DNA from: Histomonas meleagridis 2922-C6/04-290x
Taxonomy: Eukaryota > Protista > Parabasalia
Length of the DNA stretch: 64,000 nt
Direction of reading: 5' to 3'
Assembly: GCA_020184695.1 (NCBI GenBank)
Contig: JAANOX010000011.1
Coordinates: 682,001-746,000 of the forward strand
In this document: in pieces, positions 46,841-56,400 of the stretch
How the letters are laid out: each line of letters begins with the position of its first letter
Numbering within the stretch: the stretch's first letter is position 1
Made by a program: the position numbers and the translations under genes
The notes under the pieces: model-generated
What the model saw: the letters and a program-made list of their open reading frames with translations, nothing else
Told to the model about the DNA's origin: nothing
Database searches by the model: none

Positions 46841-46959
46841 TTACTTATGGAGATTATTACATTGAAATTTTCAAATGAAACATGTAGCACTTTTGGGTAC
46901 GTTAAATCACTTCACACACTATGAAAATAAACGTTCTTATCATTTGGTTTTTAAGCTAA

Positions 46960-49900
46960 ATGGAAAATAATGCTGAATACATGATTCAAGTTTGGGAATC
47001 AATTCTTTGCGAACACGCAAAGTTTACAAATTTTTCTGACCTTCTCAAATATCTCCATGATAATACACATGTTTGTAAATGCCAAGCAACTTGGACTAAA
47101 CCGCAACTATCTATTGCATGTGAAGATTGCACTTTAGCAGGAGATGAATCTTGTATTTGCCTTCAGTGTTTTTTAAATGGCAATCATGAAGGTCATTCGA
47201 TTTCTATTTCAACAGACACAGTTGGTAATTGTGATTGTGGCGACCAATTTCAATGGAAGCCGTCAGGTAATTGCATTCTTCATAATCACCAAATCTCGGA
47301 TTCCGATATTCCAACATCAATATCAAGCATTCTTCCACAAATTTTTGATTCCGTCGCATCACATCTCCCCGGGTTTCTTAAAACTGATCCAGATTGTGCC
47401 ATTGAATTGATTGATTGGCTTTTTGCTTTTTGTGAAATTGGAGATGCATATCGAAGTTTGATTGTTGCATCATTAAGCAAAGGGAATATATATTTTGATA
47501 TTATTGATTCCTGTTTTGAAGCTGATTCAGAATCTATTAATTCACTAGTTGAATTATTTGGCTGTTGTATTAATGACAGCGAGTTTAAGTTTACATTTGG
47601 CTATGTATATTTTAATGTTCTTTCGAAATTCATAAATTATACATATGAAATGATAAAAAGTGGAAATGATTCATATCGAAAAATAGATCCATTAATGAAT
47701 TTAGGTTTTTATTTTACATCTGATTATATATTTCAATATTGTTCTGAGCATTATCATTTTGATTTTTGTAAATGTTTCTTAGACACAACAAAACTATATC
47801 AACAAAAAGAATTTGCACTTGCACATGATAATAACTTATATGAAGATCCTATATTTAATGAAAATGATTTCCCATTTTTTGAAGCAATCAAAATAATTTT
47901 AACAAAAGAAACTTTTAAAAATGAACATCAACGATTATTAGATTGTTTAACTGAATTAGTTTTAGATAAAGATGCAATTTTATGTACAAATATTCAGGAA
48001 CTAACACAAGAAAATCGATTTATGTTGTATAACTATTATAACAGAGAAGCTATGGATGTATTTAACGGATTTGAGAAATGTGAAAATTTAGATATTAAAA
48101 ATTCAATTATAAAATTCGAAAGTTATTTAAAGTCACTTTATGTTAATGATTTAATTAATGTTTCATTATTTAAAGGTTGTTCGATTTCATTATATGAACC
48201 AACGTTTTTCTTATTTAAATCTATATTATTGCAACCAAAAGAAAATATTAAAGCAATTCTAAATAATACTATTAATGATGTTGATAACTTTTTATTACTT
48301 GCTTCTTTAAATACACAGCGTATATTGATTTCATTAGATTTTTATTGCCATCAAATGTTAACATGTTGTTTTGGGTTTTCATATTTCTTAAAATTTGATT
48401 TGGTTTCTACAAATGTTTATTCCAATTTATTTGTATTAATGCAAATTTGTCTTGGATTAACACAAAATAAAGAAAAAATGATTAATACTATTGCATATAC
48501 TATTGGAATATTTGATGAAACATTACAGGAAAGTGATTTAATTCATTTTATTTTTATACATTTTATTTCTACTTTAATATTTGATCGAATAGAAATTAAT
48601 CAAAATATAAATGAAAAAATAAATCAAATGGTAATCACAAAATTATTATTCCGACAAAAACTATATAAGTCATTTAAAAAAATATTTAAAGATGAAAGGA
48701 TAAATAACATTAAAGTTATTAAAAATCATTTGGATACTGTTTCAACTTCTTCTCCATCACCAAATGGTGTAATATTTAAGTTGAAGTCTAGAACATTATG
48801 GGATCCATTAGCGCCACTTTATAAATCAAATCAAATTTTATCGATTTATTCGAAATATATTTCTAAATATCCAAATGAGTTAATGCCTTTTAAACCTTTC
48901 ACTGAAGAACCATTTGGAATGGATTTACATTCGTTATTATTTACGCCAACATTATTAGCTATCGAATATTATATTTTATTAAGTCAAAATTCACAAGAAA
49001 CAAATCAACTTATAATAAATCTTTTATTAACAGCATCGAAATTTTATGTTAAAACTTCGAATAAAATTTTAACTGATACAATTATAGTTAATGATATTAA
49101 AGAATTAATTACGAAAATTCCAAATGATTTCGAATCTTTAATGTATCAAAAATATCAATTCCAAAGTTATAGACCAAAATCATTTGTCGATTTAATAAGT
49201 GAATTAGGTCCAATTGGACAAAATGCACTTGTGCAAATGAATATTTCATATGAAATACCTAAAACAAATGAAACTAAAACATCGAATAATAAATTAAAAG
49301 ATTTAAAGTCATCTATTCTACAATCATTTAATACCAAAATGGAACAATTCGAAAAAGATAATAACATTGATCTTGATGAAAGTGATTCAGCAGAAGAAAT
49401 TGAACAATGTTCTGCATGCAGAACTTGTCTTAATGATAATGAAATTCTTTGTTATCCACTTTATATGTATAATTCGACATTACCTTTAAAGTATGATAAT
49501 TATGGAACAATTGAACAAATAAAATGTTTTACATTATGTACACATTTAATACATTCGAAATGTTTAAACTTATCATGTCCTATTGATAGATATCTACGAA
49601 ACATTTGTTTACCTAAACTTGATAATAGGACTGATCTAAATGATGAAAATGTAATTAATTCTGTTAATGAATTCGAAAAAGAATTTGAAGATATAAATCA
49701 AATATTAATTGCGTTTTGTAGTATATTTATAATATATGAGTTAAGATTAAGATCAAATTTATATTGTTTGGAACCGAAAAAATATATAATTTTAGCGCGA
49801 AATTTCTTTTTAAATTTGAAAGTTATTTTAATGAAAAAACCTGAGTTTAATATAAAAACATATTCGATTTTCCAGAACTTTGTTTTAGATTTGGTAAAAT

Positions 49901-50523
49901 GTGATTTACCTGAGAATAAATTTAATGAGATAAAGAATAAATATATAAATGAAATTAATGGAGAAGAATTAAATTTGTTTTTAAGGCGAATAAGATTAGT
50001 TGAATATTTTGCTTTAAGTAATAATAATTCTGATGAATATATTGATTGGAAAACAGAATTATTAAATGAAACTTTATGTAAAAGATATAATATAAAATAT
50101 GATGGTAACGAATATAATTTCGAACCATTTAAATTCATAGAACTTCCGAAAAACTTTTTGTATTTCGGTAAAGAACCGTATAACCTTTGTTATCAACTTT
50201 CCACTAGAGAAAAAGAATATGTTATAAGTTTTCATGACGGAACTGTAATCGATCAACTTCTTGTTGAATATTATAAAAATTCAAAAGATGACTTACACGT
50301 AGCAATGGATTTAAATCTGTTGCATTCAAGAATACTTTTGGTGTTTAGACAAAGATTTGATCCAAAACTTTATTTGTTTTTGGTGCCTTCTGTATATGTG
50401 GACTTGTTGGGCAATGAGGAAATCGGCTTCGAAAATGGAACTGAATTGTTTTTGTCGGAGGAAAGATTAAACACATTAATAGATGAATTTTTGTCGGGCG
50501 AAATAATAAAATATATATTTTAG
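46960..50523 (+). CDS. UBR1-like N-recognin E3 ubiquitin ligase (UBR box + RING-like)
   Basis: CKCQ..CEDC..CICLQCFLNGNHEGH..GNCDCGD..WKPSGNCILH; RING-like CSAC..CTHLIHSKC..CPIDR. Confidence 0.85.
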   Translation: MENNAEYMIQVWESILCEHAKFTNFSDLLKYLHDNTHVCKCQATWTKPQLSIACEDCTLAGDESCICLQCFLNGNHEGHSISISTDTVGNCDCGDQFQWKPSGNCILHNHQISDSDIPTSISSILPQIFDSVASHLPGFLKTDPDCAIELIDWLFAFCEIGDAYRSLIVASLSKGNIYFDIIDSCFEADSESINSLVELFGCCINDSEFKFTFGYVYFNVLSKFINYTYEMIKSGNDSYRKIDPLMNLGFYFTSDYIFQYCSEHYHFDFCKCFLDTTKLYQQKEFALAHDNNLYEDPIFNENDFPFFEAIKIILTKETFKNEHQRLLDCLTELVLDKDAILCTNIQELTQENRFMLYNYYNREAMDVFNGFEKCENLDIKNSIIKFESYLKSLYVNDLINVSLFKGCSISLYEPTFFLFKSILLQPKENIKAILNNTINDVDNFLLLASLNTQRILISLDFYCHQMLTCCFGFSYFLKFDLVSTNVYSNLFVLMQICLGLTQNKEKMINTIAYTIGIFDETLQESDLIHFIFIHFISTLIFDRIEINQNINEKINQMVITKLLFRQKLYKSFKKIFKDERINNIKVIKNHLDTVSTSSPSPNGVIFKLKSRTLWDPLAPLYKSNQILSIYSKYISKYPNELMPFKPFTEEPFGMDLHSLLFTPTLLAIEYYILLSQNSQETNQLIINLLLTASKFYVKTSNKILTDTIIVNDIKELITKIPNDFESLMYQKYQFQSYRPKSFVDLISELGPIGQNALVQMNISYEIPKTNETKTSNNKLKDLKSSILQSFNTKMEQFEKDNNIDLDESDSAEEIEQCSACRTCLNDNEILCYPLYMYNSTLPLKYDNYGTIEQIKCFTLCTHLIHSKCLNLSCPIDRYLRNICLPKLDNRTDLNDENVINSVNEFEKEFEDINQILIAFCSIFIIYELRLRSNLYCLEPKKYIILARNFFLNLKVILMKKPEFNIKTYSIFQNFVLDLVKCDLPENKFNEIKNKYINEINGEELNLFLRRIRLVEYFALSNNNSDEYIDWKTELLNETLCKRYNIKYDGNEYNFEPFKFIELPKNFLYFGKEPYNLCYQLSTREKEYVISFHDGTVIDQLLVEYYKNSKDDLHVAMDLNLLHSRILLVFRQRFDPKLYLFLVPSVYVDLLGNEEIGFENGTELFLSEERLNTLIDEFLSGEIIKYIF

Positions 50524-50696
50524 TAAAATAGTTTTAAATAAAAATCGATTTTTAAATCGTATTGATCAAATTTCAATTTTTTTTTTTTTACTACTTAAAA
50601 TTTGGTGAAGTTTTTATAAATAAAAGTCAATTTGCTTAATGGTGTTTAAAGATGTTTTAAGCAAAAAAAAGTCATAAAAATCTAAATATGTTATTT

Positions 50697-51188
50697 TTAT
50701 TGTAAATTAACTTGGTAGTGTACTTTGTTACGAGCAAATACGGCATGTAAGAAATACATTACAAGTAAGATCAAACTGCTTCCAAAAAATATAGAAGATA
50801 TAAGCTGCCATTCTGAGCGATCTGCTGTGTTGGGATTGTTTCCTTCAACAGAAACAATCACATCACTTTCTTGAGTGGCATAAATTCCGTAAATTTGGAG
50901 ACCAATTTCGTCATTCAATTTGAGACTGACTTTTGAAAATATGTTTGGATCTGCAGATAATATTGGCGTGTCTGTTTGATTTGGACACATAAGTCCTTTG
51001 CCCGCATAGACAGATACCTTTTGTGTTGGATTTACTCTGATTATTTGTTCATCACCAGATGGTATATGTTCAGAGTAAAAATAATACCATCCATTACTTG
51101 GAATTGTAACTTTTGTCGCAGTGGCATGAAGATGATGCATACTTGGGCAATTTATTGATAGAGAAAAAGAGAAAAGCAGATAAAACAT
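50697..51188 (-). CDS. Small type I membrane protein of unknown function
   Basis: Signal-peptide-like N-terminus, a single C-terminal TM helix and a short tail. Confidence 0.6.
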   Translation of the reverse strand: MFYLLFSFSLSINCPSMHHLHATATKVTIPSNGWYYFYSEHIPSGDEQIIRVNPTQKVSVYAGKGLMCPNQTDTPILSADPNIFSKVSLKLNDEIGLQIYGIYATQESDVIVSVEGNNPNTADRSEWQLISSIFFGSSLILLVMYFLHAVFARNKVHYQVNLQ

Positions 51189-51289
51189 CTGAGGGGAAAA
51201 GTGCCAATAATAACGTTACTGCAAAAAGTGACAATATAGTAGCACTAGAAGAAGAAATACAATAAATTTCATTATCAATAAAATAAATT

Positions 51290-51600
51290 CAAAAAATATA
51301 ATACATAGATGCACATATAAGTGAAGCTTTAAATAATTTGGATAAATTCCATATATAATTTTTAAATACTATATATTTATTACAAATATGAAATGTTTTG
51401 TTATTGATATTAATTCATTGTTCAAGAAGGAAATTGACAATATTAGTGCAATTAAATTTAGATGCAACCATTAATGCTGTTTCAAAAAATAAAATCAAAT
51501 ATCTAATAATACTATCAAATTTAATACAGAAGATATTGTCAATCAAAAATATATTCTTGTTGCTCCAGTTGACAAAGCAGATAACATAGGAAAATTATTT
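51290..51600 (-). pseudogene. Decayed ankyrin remnant with the same spacer architecture
   Basis: ETALMVASKFNCTNIVNFLLEQ*ININNKTFH, then [17]S[17]G[17]K-ASLICAS (51328-51390). An in-frame TGA replaces Gly. A second partial junction lies at 51481-51520. Confidence 0.62.
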
Positions 51601-52696
51601 AGATTTCGACTTAATTTCGCTACAAATACATTTTCATAATCGAACATATGCACTTAGTCAGATGCATTAACGGGATCAAATTCATTTACAAGATCAAATA
51701 CATTTACAATTTCTTTTCCATTTGGTTTAATATTAACAAATTCATATATTTTTTATGGCTTATATTCAATTACAATTATTCAAAAAAACATTTTATTTGA
51801 GTACTATTACATTTTATATGATTGATTCAAAGGCAACTTATATTTATACCAATATTATTTATTATAATTATACTGTTGTATACTATTCAGCAATTTATGA
51901 TTTTTATTCAAATTTTTTCACAATAATTAATCCAATAAAATAACAAAATAAAGAAAATAAGAATAAATATATAAAAATTGTTATCGTAGTTTTTATATTA
52001 ATTTTAATAGTAATTGTCATTATTGTTATTTATTTAATTTGCCACAATAAAAATAATAAAATGATTAGTTCAAGATGAATGTGAACACGAAAACAATATG
52101 AAGAAGGAAATTCAATAAACAATTTTGAGTCTGTATTTGTGTCAAATTCTATAAGTAAAGTTAAAGAGCACTTCAAAATTTACAAAATATTTTATTAAAC
52201 AAGGATGGAAGTTTCCTATCATTTACAAACTCAATCTTTCAGATGAATGTGATCCTAAAAGGTTCTTATTTTCAAAGGATTACTATAATATTTTATTTTT
52301 GCTCGTGTTACTTAGAATCATTTTGATTTTTTAAGTTTCAATTTTCATTTCAAAACCGAAATTTTGTCAACTTCTTTGTTGCCTTGTTCACTCGATCATG
52401 CTATTTGTACTTAGGCATTTGTAAAGATACGTTTGGTCAATTAAAGATATTTTTTCAAATTAAAGTAAAAAGTAAATTAAAAACTAAATTCTTGTTTTAA
52501 CCTTCATGTTCACAAATTTTATATCGGAAAAATCTTGTTAATGAATGTATTTTGCCACATGTTTGGCATCATTTGGTAACAATTTTTTGGGGTGGCCTAG
52601 ATTTCGGCCGTTTATTTGATTTAAATCGTTACAAAAAACCAAAATTTCGCATTGAACATTTGAGATATCGAGCGGTTGACTTTCCTTTTGATCCAA

Positions 52697-52939
52697 ATGG
52701 ATTTCAGCAGCCCGACCTCCGAAACAATATCTATTTTCGATGCACCTATCTGTCAACCTCAAGTAGAATTGTTTCGTAGAAGTTCTGCTGAGCTTGGTCG
52801 TCGCCTTAAGCGGTACTCACGTCCAAGTTCTACAAATCAACAGAAAAATAATCAAATTCCTCCTCAATACTCTTTCTGCCAACCAAGTATCAGCTACAGC
52901 AACTGCATTTTTCAGGAGGAAATGATAATGTTTGCATAA
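52697..52939 (+). CDS. Small hypothetical protein
   Basis: GC-elevated 80-codon ORF in an AT-rich region; no recognisable motif. Confidence 0.33.
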   Translation: MDFSSPTSETISIFDAPICQPQVELFRRSSAELGRRLKRYSRPSSTNQQKNNQIPPQYSFCQPSISYSNCIFQEEMIMFA

Positions 52940-53422
52940 AATTTCCCCACATTTATTTTTTGTTTTTTGTTTTTTATAGCAATAATGCAATTTATTGGGT
53001 TGCTCTTTGCTCTTAGTAACTATGTGAATTATTCACCATGTGGCAAGAAATAGTTCCTAAGGTTTTTTCGGTGTGTACCATATCACAAATAAACTATTCA
53101 AATTTTTCAATTGACAAGAAGAATTCGATAATTTCGCAAAAAATTTCACTAAAAGCTTCAACCGTGAATAAAATGTAATAATCAAATAACAAATAGTAAA
53201 ATTAAAAGAATACGGGAAATCATTGTTTCGACAACTGTTAATTTAAACATTTTCTTGTGTTGTTAAATCAATTGATCATATAATTTTTTTTTATGAAAAC
53301 ATTCAACTTATATATTATAAACAAACATACCGATATTGATCAATTATTCCATTCAAAGATAAAATATTTTTACAACTGTATCAAAAAGGTAAACATATAT
53401 ATTTATGAAAAATGATTTTTAT

Positions 53423-56400
53423 TTATTTTTTGTTTTTTTTATGTTTTTTGCTAGAAATTGATTCCATTTCTTTAATTTTATTTATTAAATTGATAATTTC
53501 ATCATAACCATAATCATATGCATAATCCATTGCTGTGTTAAATAATTAAAATAATTTCCCAAAGAAAATATTAAACATTAAATTTTTATAATGAATGCCA
53601 AACAAAATATTTAAATATCTTTTATATCGACATCAATTCCTTTTTGACCAAGAATTAATTTAGCAATCTCAATGTGACCTTTTTTCAGTGCAATAATAAG
53701 TGGTGTATTAAAAACATCAAACAATTTCCAAATATTATTTTGAAACACGAAAACTACAAAATAAATATACTTAACATTAACATCAATTCCTTTTTGCTCA
53801 AGAAGTAATTCAACTATTTCAAGGTGATTATTTCGTAGTGCTAAAATGAGTGCTGTTTCGAATAAGTTAAATAATTTTCATATGCTATTTTGAAATATTA
53901 AATTATTAAGGTAAATATTGTAATAAAAATATAAATATTTTTGAGATTAACATCAATTCCCTTTTGTTTAAGTAGTAATTTGACTATCTCAATATAACCA
54001 CTTTCAGATGCTTTCATAAGTGGAGTTTTGAATTATTTAAATGATTTTTATAATTTGCTTTGAAATATCCCAAAATCATTGAAAGATATTCGAATTATAA
54101 TTAATAAATACCATTCGTAGTATTTACATCGATTTCTTTTTGTTTAAGAAGTAATTTAACTACTTCTATACATCCATTTTCGACTGCACTAACGAGTGCA
54201 TTATTAAATATTATTATTAAATATAACAAAATTATTATAATATATATTAAATATATTAAACAAATATTTTTAGGATTGATATCAAATTTCTTCTTCGAAA
54301 GGAGTAATTTAACTATTTCTATATAACCATTTCTCGCAGCTGATACTAATGTATCACTAAATAATTAAAATAATTTTTAAATATTATTGTTTAACTCTTA
54401 ATAAATAAATTAAATGTTTTCAGGATTACTATAAACACCATTTTCAATAAGAATATCAGCAATTTTAATATGTCCATTTCTATATGCATATGTAAGAGCT
54501 GTATTAAATATTTTAGATAATCTCCAAATATTATTTTAAAATGTTCCAAAATTATTATAATAAACGCCAAATAAAACAAACAAATATCTTTAGCATTGAT
54601 GTATATATTCTTATGTTTAATAAGCATTTTAACAACTTCTTCATGACCATTTTCAACTGCATACATAAGTGCTGTTTTAAATATTTTGAATAATTTTGAA
54701 ATATTATTTTGAAATATTATATTATTATATTAAATATTATATAAAATAATTTAATATCTCGAGCATTAACATCAATATCTTTTTCCTTAAGAAGTATTTT
54801 AACAACTCCTGCATGACCATTTTGAGCAGCGTAAATAAGAGGTGTTTTAAATATTTGAAATAATTTTTGAAATTCTTTATTAAACATTCCAAAATTATAT
54901 AATCCAATTTCAAATAAAATCAATAAATTTGGTCTATGGCATTGATTTCAGTTCCCTCTTGATCAAGAAGTAATTCAACTATTTCTGCATGACCGTTTTG
55001 AGCTGCTTTAATGAGTGCTTTATTAAATAACTTTAACAATTTCCAAATATTGTTATGAAATTTGAAGTTATTGAAGCAAATTTTATATAAATCAATTGAA
55101 TATCTTCATCATTAATATTAGCTCCATCATCAATAATTAATTGTACTATTAAAAGATTACCTTTACTCGATGCATTAATAAGTGCTGTATTAAACATTAT
55201 ATATTATCCTTAAATATTATTTTGAAACATTAAATTATTATAATTAATATTTAATAAACTAAATAAATATCTCTAATATTAACATCAATATCCTCTTTTT
55301 CAAGAAGTATTTCAGCAATTTCTGTATAATCTTTTTCGGTTGCTAAAATAAGTGCTGTTTTAAATAATTTAAATAATCTCCAAATATTATCTTTAAATAT
55401 TAAAATATTAACACAAATATCTTGTTAAAAAAATTAATATTTTGAGCATTACAATCAAGCTCTTCTTTTTGTGCAAGTTTCTTTGCTATATCTATATAAC
55501 CTTTTCTTAATGCTATCATAAGTGCATTATCAAATATTTTATAAGATTTCCAAATAATATTAAGAAATATTAAATTAATAATATAAACTCTAAATAAATA
55601 AAAGAAAAATCTTTATCATTTATATAAATATCTTGATGTTGAAGAAGTAATTCAGCTATATCTAATTTCTCTCGTTTCAATGCTGCTAAAAGAGCTGTGT
55701 CAAATATTATAAATAATTATTAAATTTGATTTATAAATTTCGATTTTCCAATATAAACATAATATAAAACGAATTAATACCATAGACAAAATTAACATCA
55801 ATTCCTTCTTGTTCAAGAAGTAATTTAACTATTTCGATATTACCATTTTGTGATGCTTTTACAAGTGATTTTCCAAATAATACAAACAATTTCCAAATAT
55901 TTTATTGAAACCTGAACTTATTAATATAAACACCAAATAAAATAAATAAACATTACCACCATTGATATCAAATGATTCTTGCTCAACAAGAAACTTAACT
56001 ATATCAACATGACTATTTTCAGCAGCACAAATAAGTGCCGTTTCATATAAATTAAATGATTTCCAAACATTATTTTGAAATACTATCTTATTTAATTAAT
56101 AAACATTATCTCTATTAATGTCAATTCCTCCATGTTGAAGAAGTAACTGAACAATATCTGTATTTCTATTTGAATATGCAGCAACAAGTGCTGTATTAAA
56201 TTAATGAAATAATTCCCAAATATCGTTTTGAAATACTAAACTAATAAAATAGATTTTAAATATAACAAATTGATATTCACAGCATTAACATCAATATCTT
56301 TTTGCTCAAGAAGCATACTAACTATTTTTAAAAGATTTTTATTTGTTACATAAACACCGTTGTGCCAAGAACCTCTTCCTTTTGATGCATAAATAAGTGC

